Source of the DNA: Catajapyx aquilonaris
Taxonomy: Eukaryota
Assembly (NCBI GenBank): GCA_000934665.2
Contig: JYFJ02000602.1
Coordinates: forward strand, 62,001 to 119,323
Direction: 5' to 3'
Length of the DNA stretch: 57,323 bases
Position 1 is the stretch's first letter; every line of letters begins with the position of its first letter. The notes beneath the pieces are model-generated. The model made no database searches. It saw only the letters and a program-made list of their open reading frames with translations, and was not told where the DNA came from. Positions 1 through 12,800 of this stretch are shown here, in pieces. Position numbers and translations under genes: made by a program.

Positions 1-1052
1 GCTTCTCTCCTGGAATCGGATTCTGAGAAGGAACGTAATTAATCTGTCTTTGATGCCATTGCATCGGAGAAAATTATGTTCCAGATCCGCGCGAATTCGC
101 TCGGAAAGTTTGGCGGGCTATATTAGCAGCACATGGCTATGCTGATATTAGCAATAAATGTCTATCGCATGTATGAGCCAGACTTATTTACAGAATGGGT
201 AATTATTCATTATTGTTGTTCAGAGCAACCTGGACTGTACATTGTAACTCCGTGTAACACGCAGATAATTTGCTTGCAAAGGCCTCCCAAATTTTGAGTT
301 ATAGCGTCACATTTCAAAATTAGCGCATGATCGTTAACAAAGGGCCCGGTGAAACCCATCCACTAATTATCCAGTATTGAAGACCATCCACCGCGCAAAC
401 TCTTCCTTTTGTTTCAACATTGCTGGAAATCCCAGCAGTGTTACTTGCACGAACAATCCGTTTAGCCCAACCCTTCCAATAATTTGGCGAAACAATGCTA
501 CCTAAAACTCAATCCGCCAAATTTGAGCCGCATCTGTGGTGGCAGATCCATTGTGCGGGCTGGCACCACTGCCGATTCAAAGGTGCCAGATGTAAGGTAT
601 ACCCTCCAGCAGGTCAATACCAAACCGCTTACTCATAATTGGTTAATTAGCAAAGGGTGGGTGGGTTGGGAGGGGGATGGTAAAAGGCGGCATTGCACGC
701 GAATCTACATCACCGTCCCTTCAAAGCGTATCGACCGATGCGTATATACCTGTCCTTTAAGCGAACACGGTAGTTACTTTGTACGGATTTGAAGTACCCT
801 AGAAAAGCTAGCAGAGTTATGATAATGGCGGATGGAAGCCATTACCAGAGCAGATGGCAAAAAAGGGGATCCCTTCGCCTCCTTGGGAATCGATGGATTT
901 CAAAGCACGCTCTTGTAGCTGCAGAAGTGTAAATAAATTTTCGCCTTTTGCCATCCAGCAAGAAATGAGCGTGCCTTGCGCTTCAGGTATAGCAACGAAT
1001 CACGCCAGACATTTTCTTGGGGAAAAAAAATTTGGTGGCCCAATTATAAATC

Positions 1053-1482
1053 TAGCTCGTGTATATTTGAAATATAGAAAATATCGAAATATAAAAATAT
1101 CGAATACAGCGAAATATAACAATATCGAATATAGCGAAATATAGAAAAAAAATTAAAATTTTTAGGTCTAATATATTCGAAATATCTAAAATATTGAAAA
1201 TATCGAAAGAGAAAATTTTAAAACATCGATAATATAGAAATATAACTAACATAGCAAACATCGGAAATGTCGACATATCGAAAAATTTCTTTAATATATT
1301 CGAAATATCGATAATATAGCAATATATCAAACATCGGAAATTTTGATATATCAAAAAATATTTAATACGTATGTTCGAAATATCGAAAATATTGAAAAAA
1401 GTCGAAATATAGGAAAACATCGAAATCCTTGATATATCGAAAACTTTAGCTCGAATATATTCGATATATCGAAAATATCGAT
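1053..1482. repeat. AT-rich degenerate repeat rich in ATATCGAAA/ATCGAT
   Basis: Many ATATCGA(A/T) motifs; same style as 9851-10255. Confidence 0.8.
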
Positions 1483-3101
1483 TGGTTCTATTGACACGAA
1501 TGATTTTTTTTTTAAATGAAGGGCCCAAGATGGAAACGGGTTGTTTGATTTTCAGCTGGGTCTCGAGGCTTTGCTGACATTTCTGGTGCAGATAATTTGC
1601 ATCCAAATCGGAGGATCGTGCCAGGAATAGGATTAGTCCACCTCCGGGAGCCATGCGTCTTCTCCGGTGTGGAGGGCACCCCGAATGACCCCAGGACCTC
1701 CCCTGGGGGGGCAACCACTGAGAGGGTAAACTCCGGGATCCGAATCGATGGCCGCCCAACCCCTCAAATCCACTTCCTAGCCCCGATAATTTCCCAAGCA
1801 GTCAAGTTGAGCTCGTTTTTCACGTATTAATTACATGTTTACATCCCTAGGTTCAGTAGATATAGGCTAAGATATAATCCTCTTAGGTGTGTGCATAGAG
1901 CCTGGTGTTTGACAGTGTAACTGGAGGAAAAATCTGTGTGCTGGCCACGTGGCTATAGTCCGCAGGGTTGCCATTCACCTGTTTAAAGTTAGACAACCTC
2001 TCTGAATTTGGCGTTACATTTTCCTAACCGGCTGGATTATAACTCAAATGCTGAACTTCAATTAGTAACAAAACCATGACACCAGCAACAAGCCTTATCC
2101 TAATCCTGAGGACAAACTTAATGGAACCTGGAGATACCCTTAATAGCTTTGCCGAGTTTGCTGGATTTATGTGAGCACACGATGCTGTAAGGTTACCTCT
2201 TGCAGCATCAGAACTTTGGAACAAAACACGCAGCCCGATGTAGAGTTCGTGCCAAAATATATGACGCATGTATACCACCCATTCTTGATGCACGTAGTTG
2301 CAGCGACCCCCGTTTTCAATAGACTCTTCGTTATGCCTGTTTCGACACCTGTCAAACCCACTAATGAGCACTAGTTTTGAAACAGCAGGAGATAAGTGAA
2401 ATGTCGTCTCTTCAACTAAACTTCAACTGAGGACCCAGGTTGATCTGCCAAATGCAGGTACCGACATCTGGCGCCGGCGCCCGAATAAATCATCCTCGAA
2501 ACCCTTATTGTATTCGACCTGATGAGAAAACCTGGCCCATGTCGATAGGATTCGACATTTGAAAGGTCAGGGTCACACCCCTGGGCCATTTCCCCCCAAA
2601 AAAACCACACCCTTACTGTCCTAACATAAAACTTGGCATCGATCAGTGTGGACTGAATTTAGCACCTGGATCTAGGATAGTAACACCGGGGTTTTAATAT
2701 ATTAGAAAGTGATTCCTGTCTTTGATCCAATTACAAAAAGGGACGTCTTGGGTACGTCCCACGATTATGGGGAAGGATGGATCGCGAAGGAGATGAGTTA
2801 TGCAGCTCATCTGTTCGGGTGATTAACGTCACACCATCTCTTGGATTTGGGAGACGCTCAGGTTTCGGATGAGATGAGTTATGATCGAATAATGATTATG
2901 AGGAATGCTGCTGGTAATGAATATTAGTAGCAGTTAAAATAGCTGCTTAATATGTATTAAGTGGGAGAATTTCAAGTGTCTTCCGCTTACTGTTGGGCTT
3001 GACGTCATTGGATGCTACGCGTTGCTGACCAAAAATTTCATTTCTAAAATGAGATTAAGGGGCAGCAAAAAAAAAAGCAGTTAGTCTTCATGATAAGGTT
3101 T

Positions 3102-3348
3102 GCCAACCGCGTACTGTCCACATGGGCAATTCTGGGAGAGCAATTATTTAGAGCGCACAATTTTCGGGGGGGATAATCGCAATGTTACATATACAAACTC
3201 GATTTTGGCAACTGGGCGACTGGTTATATGTACTCTACAGTAACTATTATATGAAGCATATGCTTTTATGGAACAAAATGAGCACTTACGAGGCAACGTG
3301 CTAATTAGAATCCTTGACCGTGTTATTGCGGCAAACGGTTTTCACACC
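3102..3348 (+). pseudogene. Possible highly decayed Tc1/mariner transposase C-terminal fragment
   Basis: Translations STWAILGEQLF (W at 3123) and, in another frame, RILDRVIAANGFHT (3307) resemble the Tc1 WxxL...RxxxVIxxxG C-terminus at roughly the expected spacing. Confidence 0.25.
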
Positions 3349-6300
3349 ATGTGCACGTTAATGGCGATAAATAAGTTTGTTGTTGCGCGACTCTACATTT
3401 TCATGTCATGCTTGATGACACTTCTCGTTAGAGGAACATTGATATAAACTATAGCACGTTTTTCGCTACTACCGTTGTGACGTCATAGCGCTAAGTTTAT
3501 TACTATTAACCCGTTATACTTTTTAGGGGAGGACATGCAGTGGGTGCATGTACAGAACGTTGTGCAACAATCGCCTACACTTACAGTGTTACTTAATATC
3601 TTTAATTCAATTGCTACTAACACAACCACTTCCCTTTTAAGAGTGTACATGCGGATAAAAAGTGATTCATACCTGGCGCAATTTTTCCAGTCGCTAATTG
3701 GTTACTTCCAAGCCATTGCGCAGCAACCTTAATGTACAGGCTGCGAAATACTAAACCTCAGGTGTAAATGTGGCGGTATGGTCAATATTACAAATTAGAT
3801 TTTAAGCATATTATGAGCTAATATTTATATTAATTTAATTAAAACTATTTAATTATATATTAAAATTAATATATATTTTTATTATCAGAACTTATTTCGA
3901 CTGCCATACGTTTCATAGTCACAAAGCGGGTATTCAGCGCAATAACGTGCTAAGTCGCACTCGGAGAAAAACACCCAATATCTATGCATCTCCCTTGTTC
4001 CCTGGTATTGAATTTGGTTCAGGTCCCACGATATCCGATATTTCAATACGATCCCCTAGCTGAAGGTTGCTGTCAGTAATGTTTTATGCAAATATTGACA
4101 GGTATTTTCAGTCATGCATTGCGGTGTAGGGAGGTCTATGCACAAAGGAGGTTAATATCAAGGTCCCCTTTGAATTTGCCAACACTATATGGGAGGGGAG
4201 GGAAGGGGGGGGGGAGAGCAAAAGTCCAATAAACTGGGAGGGGTGCAAATTAATATTCGCATGACGACACATCCGACGGGTGTAGTTTGTCGTGACCTCT
4301 TCCGCCATTTTGCATGCCGCCCTTAACCCCTCATTTTGTGGGTGCCGCATTCTAACGACGTCTTGTGGTTGGCAGAGTGGATTGGCTTATTCCGAAAGCC
4401 CTTTTCCACGACCTTGCTTCCAAATCGCTTCTAACTTCATTGATGCAAGTGGGGCTAATCTATTAGCCTGATAGCCGCTGGTTAGACCCAACTAAATGGC
4501 GATGCCACTGGCTATCATTGTTGGCGAGCATGCAAAAAAAAGGGGGGGGGGGCAGGGGGGATGATGCCCATGGCTATTGCAACATTTATTTTCTTGTTAT
4601 GCAGAGGTGCACTTGTCGCCAGCTGTGCGTTGAACGGCCTAATTTGCATGCTAGGTGGATGGGTTGTAAATAGTAAACGGGTGTGAAAGTCCTGGACAAT
4701 GGCAGTAGGATTTGCATGTATGAGAGTGACGCAAGGGATGTGCGGTGTGACCTTTACAATGGCGGAATATGTTAAGATCAGGCCCAGTTTTGGGGGGGGG
4801 GGGAAATTGGGGTGACCTTTGACCCGTAAAGATCACTAAATGCATTTTCATATGGTAATACCCCATGACATGCTGATATTTGAAGTCAATATTTGCAGAA
4901 AGTAACACCTGAAGGAAAACGCGCCATTTGCGTACACTTGCACCATAGATAAGCTTACAAAATTTCCAGACTATTCGACCATGACGTTACTTGCATTGTC
5001 ACCCATAAAGGCTGTGCGACGAATCAATTAGTTGCGTATCTGCATAAAACCGGCGAAAACTTGACAGTTTGGCGTGTTCTAGCATTCTGCTTCACACACA
5101 TAGACAATGGGTGCCCATTTCCACAACTTTGCATCGCAGGATGTACACCGCGAATCTGAACAATGTGCCCGGTAGCGAATTCATTGTTCCATCCAATTGA
5201 CATGGAAGTGTACAGGGCGGGGGGACACATTTTTTAAAAACGTTGAAATGACGTCATTGTTGCTATTGCAACTCCTACCCTAGCCTTATGCAGACCCCCG
5301 TAGGTCCAGGTTTCATGTCTCAAGTTCAGACACCTCCCAAGTCTCCTCTTGAAGATGAGAAAGATGTCTGGCAGACCACCAAAGAAAGGTTGGAGGAAGC
5401 GACAAGGAAGAAAAAAAAAAACGAAAGATGAAAACGTAAAAGAAAGTAGGGGGCGTTTGGACACGGGCCAATCCCGAAGAAGTACTTTGCCACTTTCAAA
5501 AAACTCTGTGCAGCAGTTGCGCTCTAGGGAGCCATCCAAACATCTAGTCAAAGACTCGCCCATTTTATATCTATCCTCTCTATATACGAATCCATTTGCA
5601 TTTTTTGGGGGGTGCCCATGCTGTTAGTGCCCTCTCTTTTTCAAGGGGAAAAGTATATCAAAAACATGGGGTGAAACGAGAGTCACATTAATATTAGAGT
5701 ATAAAAAAACCCGGGTCATTTGGTGCCGGAAAAGTGGTGCCGAATTAACTGGCGAGCGGACATTTTAAATGAGATTGGAATCGGATATTTGCAAATTACG
5801 GCATTAAAGGGATTTGTAATGCTGCGCGGGTCATTAATGGAGCTTTCGGCTTTAAATCCTGATAAATACGAGTTATATAATAGCTCGTGTTGAAATTAAG
5901 AACAAGGCGCCCGCTAGGTGGAGTTGGTGTAGTTTAGCCTGTAGATGGCATTGGGGTTGAGGGCTGTTTGTAACTGTTTGTAACGGTTTTATAATGTAGT
6001 AATATAATGTAAGATTTTAACATGTTAATACTGTAATTAGACACGTAAATTTCATAAATGGCACAAAATTACATGTAATTAAATGTGACCCTGCAGGTCA
6101 CACAGGGTCCACCACAGCCAGGATGTCCTTCAAAAATTTGGGTGCTAAACACCGACACTGGACACATTTGGAAGTAAAACAAGGGATGCGTGATTCGTCA
6201 TTTTCAGTCAGCGCCATCTGGCATTTGCTCGGTGCAAAATTGGAGCATTCGTGCATATGCCGCCCCACCACCACCCACTGTTAACTCCACCCTGCCCGTC

Positions 6301-7560
6301 ATTGCAAGACATTGTGCATAATTTCCCTCTCTGTACGGCGATAACACTGTAGGCCAGGAAGTGTGCGGTGGAAGCTAAGACACATGCAAAGTTTAACTGT
6401 GCAGTGCAGATCGATCTGTTGTTCCAAGCATGGAGGCATCATAATGGCAGGATTATGGGATATTCTTCATCAAACACCGCTTTTATTTACTCTCTCCTAA
6501 TTACGTGGGGGCCATGGTTAGGCGGAACGTACAATGCCCCCCCCCCCCCNCCCCCCCCACTCTGCGCCTGCGCAATGGGGACAATCAGCGCCTCTGGTGG
6601 ATGAAAGGATGAACTACTATCTCTCTCCTGTTGCATCGGATTCCTCTCCAACACACAGCATTAAAGGGGGACTGTTTCGGGTTTTCTGGTGCACCGCACT
6701 GTGGTATACCAACTGAGAGTGCTTATGACGATCTTGGCCTGTAGGGGAACTGCCATGTTGCGGCCTCATAACAAGGTTGTCACATCTAATGGAGCAAGGT
6801 CGTTCTGAGCCTGGAATTACCCTCACAAGATGTTGCTTCTCACACTACGTAAGCATCTAAAATAACTAATAAGAACATACGAGTTATTTTTGATGCTTAT
6901 ATGAACTCGGCTTGTTATTAGTTATATTTGTTGCTTTTGTGAAAAATAAATGCTTAGCTGGACGATGCGGCTTGGGGGGCTATGGCCGCCTGTAGCCCGG
7001 GTCCGCATAGCAATAGTCATCAGCCGGCGTGTCCGGATCAAGTGGTGGGTGACAATAAGGCTCGGGAGGAGGGCAAATGAGCAAAATTGGGGCGCGGAAG
7101 AGACGCTGGGGCGAAAGAATCGATAGCTTTTAGGGGCATAAGGTAGGGAAAAAAGGCAGGGCAAGGCCAACCGCCCGGTGTTCCACTGAATAAAACGCTT
7201 CCAAAATGCCATACCCCACACCCAACTCGGTACTACCCCCACTCCGTAGCATTATACGAATGTCGATATTGTTCCCAGCGACAGACTAATGGCTCTCGGC
7301 CTGCGAGTTGCCACCAGGGTGCGGGGCAGTTGGAACTAATCGTCAGTGGTAATAATAGCGGTTGTGGTTGGTTACTGATCCTTTTTTTTTTTTTTTGCGA
7401 GGGGGATTTGCTCAAAGTTTAATATTTATAAGGTGGATTAGCTAAATCACGCTAATGTTAATCAGGTTTGAAGCTCGGGAGATTTGTAACGTGTCTCGTA
7501 GGGGAGTTTGGCAAAAAAAAAATGTGGTTTAATACAGTATTTTAACTGAAATGTGCTGCC

Positions 7561-7696
7561 GTCCCAATAACTGCAAAACTAGTAAGGGTGAAGGTCGCGT
7601 ACATGCCCTGCACTAATCCCCTCTGATTCAAGTGCAGGCCATGCATGCGACTTTCACCCTTACTAGTTTTGCAGTTATGGTGTTTTACATTGGGAC
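7561..7696. repeat. Near-perfect inverted repeat (hairpin, ~48-bp core arms)
   Basis: ATAACTGCAAAACTAGTAAGGGTGAAGGTCGC...(7567) pairs with GCGACTTTCACCCTTACTAGTTTTGCAGTTAT(7678); outer GTCCCAAT/ATTGGGAC. Confidence 0.9.
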
Positions 7697-9694
7697 ATCA
7701 GATATCAGTAATGTCTATTCGAAATGCAACAGTTGACTGAAAAATACCGATTGTTATTCCTATGAGGCATTGTTATAATCTGGGGAGTCAGAGTTTGAAC
7801 CAAGTTGGGTTTCCCAAAATCCCCGAGAGATTCCGCTTGGCATAACCGCGTCGGGACTTAATAGGATGAGCACCTCTTCGCCAGCACAGTTCATTAAATA
7901 TGCACCCCGCATGTTGTGTACTCTAGTGTACGTCAGCAGAAAACTAGAAAAGTAAAGGGTCCCCCCCCCCCCTGCCTTTGGCACGAGGGTTTGGCCCTGA
8001 GCAGACTCCGCAACTTTGCTATGTAGGATGGTTGTGTAACACCCTGCACTCTGGCTCAAATCTGGATTTTCCTTAGATGGACTCAATCCGATGGCAATTC
8101 ACTGGTGCTCTATGCAAATTATGGGGAAGAGGGGATCTCGGGCGTGGTTTTATTGAAATAGAGAGCTCTGCATGTAGAGGGCTCTGTCTCGTGGGAAAAT
8201 AGCGCATTTTGCTGAGTGAATATGTTGGCAGACATTTCATATAAAAATAATAATGCAAAAAAAAATCTAATAACGAAGTTAGTCACGAACTTTTTGTAAA
8301 CTGAAAATCTACAATTCAAGTCATGCCTCATTACACCGACGTTTTTGGCACTGTCAAAATTAAGGCGGAAAAAAACTAGTTTTTTGTTCCAAACTGTACT
8401 ACCGTGGGCCCATGAATATGGCTGCGAAAGTGCCAGGGTCTCACGGCCATAAATCATTCCTCCCTAGGCGAACTTTTGTGCCGATAATTTTGGCGTCGAT
8501 GGCTCTCCGCTGCTATTTGCACAGCAGATCTGCATCTTGTATGGGGGTCTACAGGGTGATTCACTGCGTGGGGGTCTACTGATAAACTGCTACGGCCATA
8601 ATACCAGACCGGCGCCCCACGTTTCAAAAAACACGTTATTAATAGCTGTTATTAAATAATGTGCCCCATTGGTAGCCCTGAAACAGCTCGCCATTTTGAA
8701 TTCCGAACAAATTTTATTATAAATAGGCAATTTGCCGGACAGCTAATTTAAAAATAAATTAGTTCGCCATAATTAATAATTAACAATTAGGCAGTCATAT
8801 TACGCACATGTCCGCCATTTTGAAACGGCAAGTCCGCCATTTTGAATTGTTAGGTCGGCCATTTTTTCAGAGTCGTTATCGGGACAATGTGACACATTGT
8901 GGTAGCTGGAGGATCGAACCAAGGACTGCAGGCTGCGACAGATTATCAGCTTACCGAGGATCAGATTTCGGCTGACTCGGCAGTCAAACACCGGCGCTAA
9001 TTAATAATCCTTGGATACGGTGCTTACTTCACGTTTGTTTAATGGGATGTCAAAGCCACGGTGCTTTTCATAATGGAATTTTTGACAGGCAATTTACTGG
9101 AAAACACAGGGAGTCGGATCCAGATTAACACGACCCAGCCGGAAGAACACAGGGGGGGAAGAGCATCAAAGTGGGCCTTTTTTGACGAAAGTTTCTCGAG
9201 GCCTACAATAAATTATACGGTGCGCGGATTTGCAGATTCGCTCCGGAAAATTGGAAATATCATTATAAAGGGCTTTGGCAAGGTTTTTGCCAGTCCCAGC
9301 GAGTGAGCGAGTTACGCATGAGGCAAAGGGTGTATTATACGCGGATTCTGCTGTCAGCTGGCGAGATTATTAGCAGGATCTACAATGTCGAGATTTCAAA
9401 TGGTGAGGGCAAAGTGTTTCATCCTGATTGTCATGCGACCATGCACTCCGCCCTGAAGTGCAGTCCGGTATCGTCGCAGGATACAAAGCGAGATAAGTGG
9501 CAGGGGCTGTCCTATCTAGGGGAGGATGTAATTGGAAACGGAAGGCTTATTGGACGACGCGGACAAATGAGTGTCATTTATTTGGGGATCACGCAGCGGC
9601 GGGGACTCTAATTCTGTGTAGTGTCATTAACGACCGCATGCCATTTGCCGGGGACCCTGTAAAAGCCGTTCACACGTACCTGTTTTCGTTGCAG

Positions 9695-9844
9695 TTACTG
9701 ATTGCCTGCAGTACCTGATCAGTGGCAGCAGCTTGATCAAGGTCAGGCCTAACTGCAGGCAATACCACCGATTCTTCACGCTGTCCGAGGACCTCACCGC
9801 CCTCAGATGGACCCCCACCAGCAAGAAGTCCTCTAAAGCCATGG
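9695..9844 (+). CDS. PLCL: PLCL exon, PH domain N-half
   Basis: ttgcag|TT ACT GAT TGC...GCC ATG G|gtatgt; [49 protein letters not shown]. Confidence 0.9.
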
Positions 9845-12800
9845 GTATGTCAATATTTTGCTGAAAATCTAAATATCGATGTCGAAATATATCGACAGTC
9901 GCTAGAATGAATAATATATCGATATATAACACGCATCTAAAATCGATATGTCGAAATATATCGAAAACTATTGAATGATATATCGATATATCACACGTAT
10001 CGAGAATAGCTATGTCGAAATATATCGAAAATCAATATTGAGTGTATATCGATATATCAATGGACAGAGAATCGATGTAAAATACGTAGTATAGAAAGTC
10101 ACTATAATGCGATACATCGATACATCACACGTATCGAGAATCGATATGTCGGAATATATCGAAAGTCAATGTATTGAATATGATATATCGATACATCACA
10201 TGTATCGTGAATAGATATGTCGAAATGTCCATTTTATCGATATTTCTATAATAATTTTCCGGTTTACAGTGCCCATCGAGAGCATACGGGAGATCCGGAT
10301 GGGCAAGAACACGGGTACCCTCCGAAGCCGAGAAATGTCTTTGGGCTACTCGGAGGACTGTGTCTTCTCCATAATTTATGGGGATGAGTTTGAGTCGCTG
10401 GATCTGGTCGCTGCGACTCCGGAGGAGGCCAACATATGGGTCACAGGCCTCAACGCCCTCATAGGAGCCCAGAAATGTAAGGAGCCCAGCCTTATTTTTT
10501 ATGTCCTAGTGTTTCGAGTCCTGACTTACCTTTCTCTGGACACTATCCTGGACGAAAAAAAGAAAAGGTGCTTGAAACGAGACCACATCCCTGTATAAAT
10601 ATCGCATCTGTCTCATTCTCAACACTGCGAACCATTTCCTTGGAGAAAAGGTATAACTCTTTTGGTTGTTTGTTGCAGCTCCGGATGGCCTGGAAGAGAA
10701 GTCGTCCCTTAGGGAAAGATGGCTGCAGGCGGTGTTTCAGCAGGCGGCTCCTGGTGGCGCGGGTTGGTTGGACGAAGGTGCGACTATCGAGCTATTGAAG
10801 AGGCTAGCGGGAGACGCCGACGATGAACGGATCAGACAGAAACTGGCGGTAAGTAAATATGCCAGAAATACATCCGCTAGATGGGGTTGTTGTCAAGTTG
10901 TGAGTTATGCCTGTGGATGGCGTTGATGCGGGAGAGGTTGCAAAGTGTGTAGGCGACGCCACGTGCAATACTCTGGCCTCCATCAGACACACGCAGACTG
11001 ATTTCGCCACAGGCAAACTGAATTTTGCCCATTTTGCTCCAGAGGAAATGTAGGGCCCCCACCACACCACCCACCCGGCATGTTCGAATATAGCGTGTGC
11101 CACGTGGCAGATCATAACTCAGTAAACAAGAGATCGATCCGGACATTTTCAGCAGGTCGAGGCATATTTTACTCGTTGCTATACGCGACCACATGGGGGG
11201 TATAAATGTACCTGCACACGTGTAATAATAGACGCCGGGAACGTCACCGCACGTAAATGTCAACCACTCGTACCATTTTTATGCACCTCTGTACGTTCTT
11301 TAATTACGTCATATGAAATGAATAAAAACTGAATGAAATGTAAATTAAATAATAATTACATGTGCACATTACAAGTAATCGATTAATGTGTAGTGAACTT
11401 AATATGTACACTATAAATAAATTAATGTACACTCTAAATAATGCCAAACAGTAATAAGTCATAAAATGTGGAAAATAAGTAACACCAGATATGTAATTGA
11501 TTCGTATATAAAAATTAATGCAATATTAATATCTGGTAAGCAGAAAAGTCCATAATGATCCAGATTTTTGGGGACTGGTGACAGTCAGTAATCATCAGGC
11601 AAAATATATGGAGGGTTTCCATCAGAAGGGACCATATTCTTTGTGGCCCGATTTGGAAATTAATATACCGGAACGGAAACAATCCGTCAAGTTTTTCCCT
11701 CTAGACATGTCGGCCCGCGAGGAAATGTGCTGTCACTTACTATTGTTGTACGGCCTGGAGTGATGTTAGGTCCTTTCTAGGGGGGGAAGGACCAGTTTTT
11801 TTTTCTCCTTATTATTTTCGGGGATGGGTGTGTTCGCCAGCCAGGCTGCTATGGGATCGATAAGTCTATTATAGTCGGCCGCCAATTTCCTTCTTCTGCC
11901 TGTGTCTCCTGGAGAAGAAAGAGGCAGCGGTGCATGTGTTGCTTTCAATTGGCTGGGATTTACTTCCCAGGTAATGGTTTATGAAAGTGAGTCGCAATTC
12001 CATGAGACCCCAGGGGTGCCCTCTTGGGTCGAGTTTGGAGCTAGATTGCAATTACTAAAAGTATGAAAGGAATTTGATGGAGAATTTTTTTTTTTAAGGA
12101 CGTAATCATGAAGGTTGGGTGTATCATCGTAAATGGATGTTACCATGTAGATGCCCTATGATACTTGTTGCTCACACTTTATTTAATTTTTTTTAATGTT
12201 AAAAAATTATGATACACCCTGTGTCTTCACACATTCTCTTTTGTAATGAACAGCATGCAATCCACCGTGACTAATCAAAAATTCAGTGTGTGCCAAGTGT
12301 CCACTGGTCCACATTTTCACACGTCTGTTCGGTAGCACGTTTCGACATATGTTTGCGGTGTTGAGTAATTGTTTTTGCAGAGTACATTCTATCGCACAAC
12401 ATTGATCGTGTTATAGTTTTTTTTAACCATCCCGCTATCGGGGTTTTATCGATTTCTTATTTATATCTACATTTATCTGTTGTCCAAACACTTTATCGTG
12501 TGTTTACTGGCGGTGTATACAGCACAGACCACGCAACCTCTAATCTGAATCAAAGTCAAGTAACGATTACGAATTGACCATCATGCCAATTACAAGGTCG
12601 TGGCTATAGAAAAATATTACGTCATTGGTCTCGCCAATTATTTATTTATGTCATTACAATTTTTGTTTTTAGGAATTTGACCAACTGAAGAGCAGTGGGG
12701 CTAGAGGTCGGATTGACAGCACTGAGTTTATAGACATCTTCAAGGAGGTGGCCACTCGTCCTGAGATCTACTTCCTTCTTATCCGGTAAGCCCAGTTTGA

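Noticed and set aside
1556..1726. GC-richer segment with AG/GT ends as a possible upstream PLCL exon
   Set aside because: No PLCL similarity, and it exits in phase 0 whereas 9695 needs phase 1.
1052..1759. 235-aa minus-strand ORF
   Set aside because: Mostly a translation of the AT-rich ATCGA repeat (I/F/D/Y-biased); no recognisable domain.
2516..2572. CTGATGAG...GAAA with an internal hairpin, resembling a hammerhead ribozyme or C/D snoRNA
   Set aside because: Stem II and stem III/NUH pairing cannot be built; no CTGA D box; too short.
5330..5570. Peptide PPKSPLEDEKDVWQTTKERLEEATRKK reminiscent of LTR-retrotransposon post-integrase sequence
   Set aside because: Too short and frameshifted; no diagnostic motif.
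6537..6558. Poly-C/G runs containing N (also near 18660, 22469, 26778) as G-quadruplex elements
   Set aside because: Ambiguous bases indicate unreliable homopolymer assembly.
8900..8960. Minus-strand GGTTCGATCC B-box-like motif (similar one near 24224-24245)
   Set aside because: No A box or cloverleaf; at most decayed tRNA-SINE debris.
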